From the NCBI GenBank assembly GCA_040222015.1, contig JAVJWO010000026.1, positions 1-43,992 on the forward strand: DNA of 43,992 nt, written 5' to 3'. The number at the start of each line of letters is the position of its first letter. Position 1 is the stretch's first letter. Below, piece after piece: positions 31,531-40,901 of this stretch. This DNA comes from Coleofasciculus chthonoplastes F2-STO-03 (GTDB lineage Bacteria; Cyanobacteriota; Cyanobacteriia; Cyanobacteriales; Coleofasciculaceae). A model generated the notes under the pieces. The model was not told the DNA's origin. It made no database searches and was given only the letters and a program-made list of their open reading frames with translations. Both the position numbers and the translations under genes were made by a program.

Positions 31531-33051
31531 TTATTGATTCTGTTTTTTAGATTGTGGTAAAGTTTGTTGAGTATTACCCGACAATTTTGCTGTCTTATTA
31601 CTATCACCCTGAATGAGCTTCTTCATGCATCCGGCAATTGCACCTCGATTCTGCATTACAGAGGTGTAACCTTTGGTAATGACTGCTCCTGTAACACCAA
31701 AAATCAGGCTCAAAAGTAGCGATTGAGTCAAGGGATGAAGATGATTTGTGGAAAAAGGAGGTAATATTGGCTGTCGGGGTTCTGTGGGAATTATGTATGG
31801 AGCGACGGTAGCGCCAACGGCTGATGTAGCTAAACCTACACCGACGATAGCTACAGTATCTTGTAAAGCGCGATCGCGTTCGGCTTGTTCTGTTTCTACG
31901 ATACCTCGACTCGCTTCAATCATCTGCCCAAAAAGTTGCTGACTTGGCATCAGATAAAATAAATCAGTGCTAATTTGTGGAATAAAGTTGTCTTGAGTGT
32001 CTTTAATAAGTTGTTCTAAAAAATCTAGATTATCCCGATTTTGAATGCCAATATCTTGGAGTTGCTTCAACCAGAATTTATAATTTATAATATTAGTTTC
32101 AATCGTCGTGCGATGAAATTCCATATCTCGCATATAGTTGGCGTATTCAAAAGCAAGTGTAGGAATTTCAGTTAGCCATTCTTTGAGTTGCTTTAGCTTA
32201 GGGGTTGGTTCAGATGGCAACTGACGGAAGGCTTTTGCTTTCACCTCTAATTTTCTGTAGAGAAGCCGTGCTTTTTGATTACACCACCGGGATTCTGAGT
32301 AGGCATATAAAATTTTATGGCGACAACATAATAAATTAATGAGGGATTGATAATAATCTCCCGCAGCTTCTAATGTTGCCGTTTCCGGGTGACAATTAAG
32401 CCAGATAAGAATATGACAATGTTCAGTCGGATGCTCTCGGTTATTTTCATATTCAAAAATAGGACTTCCTAAAAAGATGCCTTGAGTAGGTGGAGAACGT
32501 AAAAATTGTTCAACCTCTGATTTAGGTAGAATTGCAGCTAAACAATCATTGGCAAACTCTTGAATATCCTGAATTTGACCTTCTGGGTGGGCAAAAAATA
32601 CAAGAGTTTGTCCCAGAGAAGCTTTAATTTGACTGGGAAGCAGACAACCTTGAGGATTTAAGCCCTCCAATTGATTAACGTCTACATTGGGATAGGGATA
32701 ACGTAGGGTAATATCAACAGCATAGGTATCATGAATTTGTAGAGGATAGACTTCGCCTCGAAGTTGAAGTTTACTTCCTTCAGGGATAGCAGAGAACTTT
32801 AGAGTATTTTCAGGTTGTAATAATTCCAGATATCTTGAGTTATCTTGATTGGAAGATACACCGATTTGACCGTTACTCTCTTGAAGACGCTCAATTAGGG
32901 ATTCTAGTCTAGGAACATGAAGTTTTTGTCCAATTCGCTGACATTCCTCCCATAAATGATTTGCGTTATTGACGGGTTCATCTTCACCTTGAGCTAAGTT
33001 GTTTCGCAGATGAAAAGCGCAAAGAGTCAATTTTGGATTAGCAACTTTCAT
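31531..33051 (-). CDS. 506-aa protein with C-terminal coiled coil and two TM helices; candidate CATRA-like membrane effector
   Basis: ATGA overlap with the upstream gene; TM segments VAIVGVGLATSAVGATVA and LLLSLIFGVTGAVI. Family is inferred. Confidence 0.7.
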   Translation of the reverse strand: MKVANPKLTLCAFHLRNNLAQGEDEPVNNANHLWEECQRIGQKLHVPRLESLIERLQESNGQIGVSSNQDNSRYLELLQPENTLKFSAIPEGSKLQLRGEVYPLQIHDTYAVDITLRYPYPNVDVNQLEGLNPQGCLLPSQIKASLGQTLVFFAHPEGQIQDIQEFANDCLAAILPKSEVEQFLRSPPTQGIFLGSPIFEYENNREHPTEHCHILIWLNCHPETATLEAAGDYYQSLINLLCCRHKILYAYSESRWCNQKARLLYRKLEVKAKAFRQLPSEPTPKLKQLKEWLTEIPTLAFEYANYMRDMEFHRTTIETNIINYKFWLKQLQDIGIQNRDNLDFLEQLIKDTQDNFIPQISTDLFYLMPSQQLFGQMIEASRGIVETEQAERDRALQDTVAIVGVGLATSAVGATVAPYIIPTEPRQPILPPFSTNHLHPLTQSLLLSLIFGVTGAVITKGYTSVMQNRGAIAGCMKKLIQGDSNKTAKLSGNTQQTLPQSKKQNQ

Positions 33052-34172
33052 GAAGCAGACTTGGATGATTGAGAATCTTTTGAGTCAGAACTTTGTTGAA
33101 TGGCATTGAGGATAGCTTGTTTGTTAAGTTCGTAATTGGGAGGTTTTACTTTGCCTTCTTTGCTCCCAGGTGCTTTTTCTGATGAATTGTCGGGCAGAAG
33201 TTTCAATTGCGCTTCATCAATTTCAGGGTGTTGTTCACACCATATTGAAATCGCTTCAGACAGTTCTTCAATATCATCGGGTAAAGGAGCCAATAGCTGT
33301 TCTAATTCAGCCAAGTATCCTGATGAAAATAGCGAATATTGCTCAGTCAATAATTCGATAAAAGCATCGACATTTTGCTCAGGGAATGACAAAAAGCATC
33401 GCCTACATTTATTTACTGTTTTTTGGACAATTTCCAGAGGTAAATCTAGGGCGTGGGCAATTTGCTCTAAATCTAACCCCATTGGCAGCAGTCTGGGGAT
33501 AGTTTCTAATTTCATTTCTAGGAGAGTGTCCTGATAAAATCGGGTTTGTTTGATTTCGCTTAATCCCAACATAGCAGCTATCTCCTCGCGGCTTTTTTTC
33601 GGTAATTTGTAAACGATAATGGTTTCAATCAGATTAATAAGTTCACGTTGGATTGTTTCATCTGTTAGCTGTTGCCGTGCTTTTTCGATTAACTGTCTTG
33701 CCAGTTGTCCGGCTGTCTCTTCCGGCTCAATTACAAGTTTAACAACTTCTACCCCTAATGAGCCTTCGACAGCTTCACCTAATTCATCCAGGTAAATTTG
33801 TCTCACCTGGTTCAGGGCTAAGAGGTTCCCAAAATGTAACGTCTGTTCTCGTTCAATACGGCGGTTGGGATAGATTACGACAATTTGCCAAGGATAGGGT
33901 GGCTGGTATTGCCTTAAAAAAATGAAGAGTTCGGCAAATATGCGGTAGTATAAGCCAGCATCTGGCTGAAACTGAACTTCAACCAGATATAAAGGTTTGT
34001 CAGGTTCGCTGGTTTTGGGTAAAAATAAACCGTCTAAGCGAAAGGATAATTGTTTGACTTCGCGGGAGGTAAATTCATAGCTATCGGCTTCTTCTGGAGG
34101 ACGGTTAATCAGCTCAAAGAAGATGCCGGGAAATGTCAGAAATAGGTTATAGAAGATACTGTCAGTTTTCAC
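33048..34172 (-). CDS. Rpn/DUF2887 PD-(D/E)XK nuclease fused to an extra ~110-aa C-terminal domain
   Basis: MKTDSIFY, FRLDGLF, VEVQFQPD; the normal Rpn end (LEQIAHALDLPLEIV) is followed by an additional helical domain. Confidence 0.9.
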   Translation of the reverse strand: MKTDSIFYNLFLTFPGIFFELINRPPEEADSYEFTSREVKQLSFRLDGLFLPKTSEPDKPLYLVEVQFQPDAGLYYRIFAELFIFLRQYQPPYPWQIVVIYPNRRIEREQTLHFGNLLALNQVRQIYLDELGEAVEGSLGVEVVKLVIEPEETAGQLARQLIEKARQQLTDETIQRELINLIETIIVYKLPKKSREEIAAMLGLSEIKQTRFYQDTLLEMKLETIPRLLPMGLDLEQIAHALDLPLEIVQKTVNKCRRCFLSFPEQNVDAFIELLTEQYSLFSSGYLAELEQLLAPLPDDIEELSEAISIWCEQHPEIDEAQLKLLPDNSSEKAPGSKEGKVKPPNYELNKQAILNAIQQSSDSKDSQSSKSAS

Positions 34173-34175
34173 GGG

Positions 34176-36920
34176 TTATTGACCGATGGCACAAAATGCA
34201 GCCCAGTAGTAGGGAGACTCAAAGGGTTTGCTATTAGGGGGTTGTTTACTGAGGAATGCTCTCAATTGCATTCTATGATTAGGATTAGACAGTTGCTTGA
34301 CCCACTGCTGTAACTCTTCTTTTGTAGCATCCCGGAGCCAAGTTTGGGCTTGGTTGAGGGCAACAGGGACGGTTGATCCTGATTTAAGATTCTGATAGAA
34401 CCGGATTATTAACAAGGCTGTAGAGAGTTCATTCACAGTCCACAGAGAACAGACAATGCTGGCAGTACCTGCAACTAAAAATCCATGGGTTAAGCCAATG
34501 TACTCATCCGTGGCGGATGGGTCTGTCAATCCTGTTTCGCAAGCAGATAGAGTGACGAGCCGACATTGGCTGAGGTCAAAGGTAAATAGCTCTAACACAG
34601 TAAGGTATTTGCTGAAAGCAGTAGCTGGGTCATTTTTTGGGGAAATGTGGCAATCAGCCAGATGTAGTTTAGAAAGCAGAGGGCGTTCAAAGTCGAAGTC
34701 GCCGTGACAGGAAAAGTGGATACAGTGGGCAGTTTGGAGTTGCTCGTTGTCAATAGCTGATTTTTTGGCATTGTCTTTGACAAGGATGTGACTGCTATGG
34801 AAAGACTGCTTAATGGCTTCGACTTCTATATCACTGTAGTCAAGGTCTTTTGTCGGGTTTTGAATGGCAAAGAGGTGGGTAAAATCAGGGCGTTGTCGGC
34901 TTTGAGCTAGTTGTAGCACTTGACAACTGGGAGCATAATGCACACCTCTAGGAAATTTGTCTAAAAGGCACTTACTCTTCTCGTCGGGTAAAGATAAAGC
35001 ATGAAGAGGAAGTATGTGCAAGGACTGATGGGGAATCAGAATTATCCTATCGCAGGTGTCTGGTACATGGGTAAGGATCTCATTTAGGTGCAGAATCTCA
35101 GCGAGGCGATTGAGACGGGATTCTAGATGATCTCGCCAAACTTGTTTAGAAGATTGATCATAGTACCCCAAAACATAGTCCTGGAAATACTCATTGCCCC
35201 AGGATTGAAAGGTTTCTCTATCTTCTGGATCAGATTGCCAAACAGTAATGCCAGGGCTTTGATGAGTAATGATGAAGGTAACAAATATATCATCCAAGAT
35301 GTACCACTCGATGAGGGCGGTTTGATTATCGGGTAGTAACGCCTGAATCTCCTCAAAGAGGATACCTTTTACCTGTTGCGTAAGGTTGAAACTGGGGTCG
35401 TGGGGTTGGATTTTCTCAGCAATAAAGGAATCGAGCTGTTCTTTCAACTTGTTGCTTTCTTCCTGAAATTGATTAAGCTGGGTGCGATAGCTCTCATCTG
35501 ATTCCCTATTTTGCACATCTCGCATATCTAGTAGATTTTGTCTTTTAGAGATTTCTTGGCGGAGGCGCTTATATTGATTACGGATATCTTCTGAGACACC
35601 TTTGGGTTCGAGGTTCTCTGAGGCGAGGAATTTGACCAAATTACGGGCTTTATTGCGCTCAACATATTCAATAGCTTTGGTTAGTTGACTATCATTGATA
35701 CAGGCTTTAACCATGCCGCAGTAAAGATCAATTCCTGACTGCTGAATCTTTTGGCGCTGAGCATCTGTTGTAGCCCAAATGTTAATTTGCTGCTCAAGTG
35801 CTTCAATAGCAATACCATATCCCTCGATAGCTTCCTGCCAACGGCGATTGCCAAGAGCCACATATCCAAGACTACGTCCTTTGTTGCAGCAATCTTCAGG
35901 ATATGCAGTGGGTGTGAAGATTTTTAGCGCTAACCGAAAACAATCAATTGCCTGGTCAATGTTTCTTTCGTCGCTGTAGGTAAGACCTAGACTATTTTGA
36001 GTCTGCGCCCACTCATAAGTTTTCTCGGTATAGACTTCTAGAGCTTGCTTACAGCAAATAATTGCCTCCGCAGTCTTTCCCATTTTGCGATAGACACCAC
36101 CTATATTCTGTTTAGTCCTTGCCCAATCATCGGGAGATTCATCTTTGGGAGTGCCTTGCAACGCCTTCTCATAAGCAGCGAGCGCCAAATCCAGATCCTT
36201 ACGTTCGTCTTCTGGACTTTCTTGACTCTGGCTACGACTACAGTAAGCATTTCCCAGACGATTTTGGAGCATTGTCCACTTATCACGAAACCTTGTAGAA
36301 AATACTTCTGGAGGGTATATTTTTAAAGCGGATTCCAAAGTAGCGATCGCTACTATTGATGAAGCGATCGCTTCATCAATCCGTCCTTGATTACAATAAG
36401 CAATTCCCAGAAGGTTTTGGCTCATTAACCAATTCGTTAGAGATGCTTCGCGAGTAAACACGGTGGTAGCTACTTGGCAACCCGTGATAACAATTTTCCA
36501 CTTAATTTCTGGTTTTATCCGTGGAAATTGCGCTATGTAAGTGCAGAAATCATGAATAAGTCCGGCAATTGTTTGGGCTTCCTCTGGTTCCACGGTTGAT
36601 AGCTTGGCTTTTGCCCAACTTCGTAACATTTTAGAAAATTTATCATCCAGTTTATCTAAATTAGATTCCAATAGTTCTTCCCCTTGTCGTCGCTGATCCT
36701 TGATGTCTTTGTCTTTTATGCGTCTGATTGTCTGCAATGCTTCATTCAAGAACTCGTAATAAGCGTTACGGTTTGGTTGTCTAGGGTTAAATGTTAACTC
36801 TGGTAAATTATCGTGCCACTCCGGAAAAAAGAGATCACTATCGGCGGGTATCAGTGTAAACCGCTCCTGAAGTTGAGCCATATTAGTAATCGTTTGAGAA
36901 ATGGCTAGAGATTGACTCAT
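34176..36920 (-). CDS. TPR-CHAT (caspase-like) protease
   Basis: WA.TQN.LG TPRs, IPHQSLHILPLHAL, HFSCHG, LSACETG, SLWTV, PYYWAAF. Confidence 0.95.
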   Translation of the reverse strand: MSQSLAISQTITNMAQLQERFTLIPADSDLFFPEWHDNLPELTFNPRQPNRNAYYEFLNEALQTIRRIKDKDIKDQRRQGEELLESNLDKLDDKFSKMLRSWAKAKLSTVEPEEAQTIAGLIHDFCTYIAQFPRIKPEIKWKIVITGCQVATTVFTREASLTNWLMSQNLLGIAYCNQGRIDEAIASSIVAIATLESALKIYPPEVFSTRFRDKWTMLQNRLGNAYCSRSQSQESPEDERKDLDLALAAYEKALQGTPKDESPDDWARTKQNIGGVYRKMGKTAEAIICCKQALEVYTEKTYEWAQTQNSLGLTYSDERNIDQAIDCFRLALKIFTPTAYPEDCCNKGRSLGYVALGNRRWQEAIEGYGIAIEALEQQINIWATTDAQRQKIQQSGIDLYCGMVKACINDSQLTKAIEYVERNKARNLVKFLASENLEPKGVSEDIRNQYKRLRQEISKRQNLLDMRDVQNRESDESYRTQLNQFQEESNKLKEQLDSFIAEKIQPHDPSFNLTQQVKGILFEEIQALLPDNQTALIEWYILDDIFVTFIITHQSPGITVWQSDPEDRETFQSWGNEYFQDYVLGYYDQSSKQVWRDHLESRLNRLAEILHLNEILTHVPDTCDRIILIPHQSLHILPLHALSLPDEKSKCLLDKFPRGVHYAPSCQVLQLAQSRQRPDFTHLFAIQNPTKDLDYSDIEVEAIKQSFHSSHILVKDNAKKSAIDNEQLQTAHCIHFSCHGDFDFERPLLSKLHLADCHISPKNDPATAFSKYLTVLELFTFDLSQCRLVTLSACETGLTDPSATDEYIGLTHGFLVAGTASIVCSLWTVNELSTALLIIRFYQNLKSGSTVPVALNQAQTWLRDATKEELQQWVKQLSNPNHRMQLRAFLSKQPPNSKPFESPYYWAAFCAIGQ

Positions 36921-36975
36921 ATTAATTCAAACCTTCAAAGTATATTTGACAAAATTGTCAATTTTTTATACTTTA

Positions 36976-37021
36976 GTCCGCGTAGGCGGACTTTGTTTGT
37001 GTAGCCGCGATTTCAATCGCC
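36976..37021. repeat. Cyanobacterial dispersed palindromic repeat
   Basis: GTCCGC-GTAG-GCGGAC hairpin and GCGATT-TC-AATCGC hairpin. Confidence 0.7.
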
Positions 37022-37105
37022 ATTGTAAAAGGGGGTTCCTGTCATCGGATTTGGTATAAACTCTCTAACCTAATCACCCGCCTTGTCGAGCCGAAACAGT
37101 ATCCG

Positions 37106-37165
37106 CTACCTTGCCATCCGCCCATTTCCATTGAACAATAGGTGAATGTCCAAAAATTCAGGATA
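37106..37165 (-). pseudogene. Possible Fic-domain gene remnant
   Basis: Translates YPEFLDIHLLFNGNGRMAR*, a near match to HPFxDGNGRxxR. Confidence 0.5.
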
Positions 37166-37314
37166 GAGCGGTTCTTAAGTGGATGACATACACCTAAATG
37201 TAGGGGATGTAGGGGCACCATCCTTGCGCCCTTACCAAGGTTTCGCATCAGACAGGAAATTTTCATATAGAAAGAAGCAATAGACAAGAGTGAACGGTAA
37301 AGCGGGAGACGCGA

Positions 37315-38151
37315 ATGGCAAATTTAGAGCATCTGAAAATACTTCAGCAAGGTGCAGTTAGCTGGATTAAATGGAGAAATCAACATCACACCATAGAACC
37401 CGATTTGAGCGAGGCTAACCTCGAAGGCGCTAACCTCAGAGGCGCTAACCTGAAGCACGTTAACCTGAAAGGGGCACAGTTAGAATCCGCGAATCTAATC
37501 ACGGCAAATCTGACGAAAGCAAACCTGAGCCTTGCTTATCTGAGTCTGGCTCATCTGATTGAGGCTAATCTCATCGAAGCATCTTTAGTCAGCGCTCATC
37601 TGATGCAAGCGGAACTCAGCTATGCTGATCTAAGCCATGCTAACTTAATCGGGGCTGACCTCAGAGGCGCTAAGTTGATGAACGTTAATCTGAGTCATGC
37701 TAATCTGATTGGCACTGACTTTAGACAAGCAAACCTGAAAGGCGCAATGCTCAATGAAGCCAATTTGAGACGCAGCAACCTCAGTGACGCCAGCCTGATT
37801 CATGCCCATCTTAACCAAGCCAATCTTGCTGATGCGAATCTCCATGAAGCAGAATTGATTGGCGCTTACCTCTACCAAGCTGACTTGGAACGGGCAAATC
37901 TGAGTCAGGCTCATCTGGGGGGAGCGTATCTGTTTGGGGCAAATCTGGGTGCGGCTGATTTAGACGGAACAGATTTGAGATGGACAAATCTTACAGGCGC
38001 GAATCTTCAAGCCGCTAATCTCAAAGGTGCTAGATTGGCAGGTGCTCATCTGAACAAAGCTAACTTGACTGGGGCAATTTTAGAGGATTTTACCCTAGAG
38101 GGTGCTAGTCTCCAAGGGACAATTTTGCCCGATGGGACGATTCATGGATAG
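37315..38151 (+). CDS. Pentapeptide repeat protein
   Basis: MANLEHLKILQQG..W..WR, continuous ANL repeats, LPDG. Confidence 0.93.
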   Translation: MANLEHLKILQQGAVSWIKWRNQHHTIEPDLSEANLEGANLRGANLKHVNLKGAQLESANLITANLTKANLSLAYLSLAHLIEANLIEASLVSAHLMQAELSYADLSHANLIGADLRGAKLMNVNLSHANLIGTDFRQANLKGAMLNEANLRRSNLSDASLIHAHLNQANLADANLHEAELIGAYLYQADLERANLSQAHLGGAYLFGANLGAADLDGTDLRWTNLTGANLQAANLKGARLAGAHLNKANLTGAILEDFTLEGASLQGTILPDGTIHG

Positions 38152-38220
38152 GGGAGATGGGGGAAGCAGGGGGAGCAGAGGGAGCAGAGGGAGCAGGGGG
38201 AGATGAGGGAGATAGGGGTG
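38152..38220. repeat. Purine-rich 9-mer short tandem repeats (GGGAGCAGA-like)
   Basis: Direct inspection. Confidence 0.75.
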
Positions 38221-38316
38221 GGTTGAGTCACATCAGAGTGACAACAAACAATCTCTGATCGAGTGCATCCCAGACACGCTACGATAATTGACAACCGAGA
38301 TAATTGGGAACCTACT

Positions 38317-38838
38317 ATGCCACGAACACAGCGTAACGATAACTTTGTTGACAAAACCTTCACGGTAATGGCAGATATAATTCTTAAGGTTTTGCCGACT
38401 AACAAGAGAGCGAAAGAAGCGTTCGTCTATTACCGAGATGGGATGTCGGCTCAGGGAGATGGCGAATATGCCGAAGCGTTGGATAATTATAAGCAAGCGT
38501 TGGAGTTAGAAGAAGATTCCTACGATCGCAGCCTGATTCTGTACAATATGGGGTTGATTTACACCAGCAACGGTGAGCATGAGACAGCATTAGAGTACTA
38601 CCAGCAAGCTCTCGACTCTAATCCCCGTCTTCCCCAAGCGCTGAATAATGTTGCTGTTATTTACCATTTCCAAGGAGAGAAGGAAAAGGAAGCGGGAAAT
38701 GATGAAGCCGCAGAAAAGTTGTTTGATCAAGCCGCCGACTATTGGAAACGAGCGATTCGTTTGGCTCCTAATAACTATTTGGAAGCCCAAAACTGGCTAA
38801 AAACCAGTGGACGTTCAGCTATTGATATCTATTTTTAG
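38317..38838 (+). CDS. ycf3: Photosystem I assembly protein Ycf3
   Basis: [34 protein letters not shown]. Confidence 0.98.
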   Translation: MPRTQRNDNFVDKTFTVMADIILKVLPTNKRAKEAFVYYRDGMSAQGDGEYAEALDNYKQALELEEDSYDRSLILYNMGLIYTSNGEHETALEYYQQALDSNPRLPQALNNVAVIYHFQGEKEKEAGNDEAAEKLFDQAADYWKRAIRLAPNNYLEAQNWLKTSGRSAIDIYF

Positions 38839-38844
38839 TGTTCG

Positions 38845-38915
38845 TCATTTGTCATTTGTCATTTGTCACTGACTAGGAAAGAATCAACAATCAACAATCA
38901 ACAATCAACAATCAA
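38845..38915. repeat. STRR clusters (TCATTTG)n and (AATCAAC)n
   Basis: Direct inspection; similar clusters at 10258-10291, 12886-12911, 14018-14045 and 15636-15676. Confidence 0.85.
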
Positions 38916-38917
38916 TC

Positions 38918-39211
38918 ATGATTGACCTAGAACAAGTTCGCAAAGTCGCTAATCTGGCGCGTTTGGAGTTGACTCCTGAAGAAGAAGAGCAATTTTTGCC
39001 GCAGCTTAATAGCATTTTGGAATACTTTCAACAGCTTAGTGAATTAGATACGGAAAATGTTCCGCCAACGACCCGAGCAATTGATGTTAGTAATGTGACC
39101 CGATCCGATCAACTGCAACGGTATCCGGAGCGGGATGCTTTATTGGCAGAATCTCCTGACCAAGATGGGGACTTTTTTAAAGTGCCGCAAATCCTCAGTA
39201 CGGAAGAGTAA
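38918..39211 (+). CDS. gatC: Asp/Glu-tRNA amidotransferase subunit C
   Basis: [29 protein letters not shown]. Confidence 0.97.
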   Translation: MIDLEQVRKVANLARLELTPEEEEQFLPQLNSILEYFQQLSELDTENVPPTTRAIDVSNVTRSDQLQRYPERDALLAESPDQDGDFFKVPQILSTEE

Positions 39212-39247
39212 CGGGAGTCTGGAGCATAACTGCACAAAACGTTCAAG

Positions 39248-39372
39248 TAGGTTGGGTACTTGCGATCGCTCCCATCCAACAGGCTAACTCGCTGGCGTTG
39301 GGTTACTCTACCCTTCGGGAACGCCAAAGGCGAACGAGAAGGCGAGAGCCTACGTTCCTCCACCCAACCTAC
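39248..39372. repeat. REP dyad (GTAGGTTGGGT...ACCCAACCTAC) enclosing further hairpins
   Basis: 11-bp perfect outer inverted repeat; inner CGCC-AAA-GGCG stem. Confidence 0.75.
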
Positions 39373-39623
39373 AACCTATTCCACCATTTTAGCTGTGCCA
39401 CGCCACTACAACGGTGACAGGCTCCGAGAGTAACGCTGAATTTATCCTTCGTCTTTGGTCATTTGCAGGTTTTTTTGAGAATAACCAAGGACGAAGGCGG
39501 TTTCCATAGATGAATAAATATTAATTTTTTTGAAGAATATAAATAAAATGATCACTATAGAGAATTGAGAAACCGAAAATAGGGATAATTGACAACTAAA
39601 GGCATTGGGAATAGGGAGAAAAC

Positions 39624-40568
39624 ATGGCAACTGGAATGCTGGTGAATGGACAATGGACGAAGGAACCTTACCAGCAAGACCCTGAGGGGCGATTTAAGCG
39701 AAATCCGACCAAATTTCGTAACTGGGTGGGTGCGGATGGTTCTACGGGGTTTAAAGCCGAGTCGGGACGCTACCATCTCTATGTCTCTCTGGCTTGTCCT
39801 TGGGCGCACCGCACGCTGATTATGCGGAAATTGAAGGGGTTGGAGGAGGCGATTAGCCTGTCCATTGTTGACCCGTTTATGGATGAAGATGGATGGGAAT
39901 TTTCTGATGCTCCCGGTTGTATCCCGGATACGGTTCATGGCACTCGTTATCTGCGAGAGGTTTATCTAAAAGCTGATCCGAACTGTACCGGAAGAGTGAC
40001 AGTCCCTGTGCTTTGGGATAAACAAAAGAATACGATCGCGAATAATGAGTCCCGTGAAATTATCCGTATGTTCGATACCGAGTTTGAGGCGATCGCGAAA
40101 TCTCAAGTTAGCTTCTATCCCGATCATCTGCAAGACGAAATCGATCGCGCGATTGACAGAATTTACCAACCGATCAACAATGGTGTCTACCGCGCTGGGT
40201 TCGCCACGACTCAGACGGCTTATGACGAGGCGGTAACAGAACTTTTTGAAGAACTAGACTATTGGGAAGGTGTTCTCTCCCAGCAAGCTTATCTGTGTGG
40301 CGATCGGATCACGGAAGCTGATTGGTGTATGTTCACTACCCTGTTTCGCTTTGACCCCGTTTACTACGTCCATTTTAAGTGCAACTTACGTAGAATTAGA
40401 GATTATCCCTATCTGGGAAATTATCTCAAAGATCTCTATCAGCAACCGGGTGTTAGCGATACCTGCAACCTTGAGCAGATCAAGCAACATTATTACAAAA
40501 GTCATCCCCACATTAATCCCACTCGCATTGTACCCAAAGGTCCTGTGATTGATTGGGTGGCGGGGTAA
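39624..40568 (+). CDS. Glutathionyl-hydroquinone reductase (YqjG/ECM4-type GST)
   Basis: RYHLYVSLACPWAHR, VTVPVLWD, NNESREI, NNGVY. Confidence 0.95.
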   Translation: MATGMLVNGQWTKEPYQQDPEGRFKRNPTKFRNWVGADGSTGFKAESGRYHLYVSLACPWAHRTLIMRKLKGLEEAISLSIVDPFMDEDGWEFSDAPGCIPDTVHGTRYLREVYLKADPNCTGRVTVPVLWDKQKNTIANNESREIIRMFDTEFEAIAKSQVSFYPDHLQDEIDRAIDRIYQPINNGVYRAGFATTQTAYDEAVTELFEELDYWEGVLSQQAYLCGDRITEADWCMFTTLFRFDPVYYVHFKCNLRRIRDYPYLGNYLKDLYQQPGVSDTCNLEQIKQHYYKSHPHINPTRIVPKGPVIDWVAG

Positions 40569-40901
40569 GTGTTGAGTGTGTAAGGGCGGGTAATGGAACT
40601 TTCTTTTCGCTGTTGATGATAACGTTTGTACAAAACCCGCCCTGACCAAGTTTTGAACTAACTCCCCCAGCTCCCCCAATTCCTACCAATAGAGTAAAGT
40701 ATATTCAGAAGCAACCATAATTTAGTAGTATTGTCAATACTATTTATCTGAGGATCTGGAGATCGGTAGAGTCTAATTTGAGCCATCGGTAAGGTAGCAT
40801 CTGAGATAGTCCATAGAGATTGATCACAGCTCCTGAACCCTAATCACCACCCGACTAGCAAGAGAAGGCAAGCTGCCAAGGCGTTTACACCAGGTTGCAC
40901 T

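Noticed and set aside
37042..37287. 81-aa minus-strand ORF
   Set aside because: It crosses a REP; the only recognisable motif (Fic) is in another frame.
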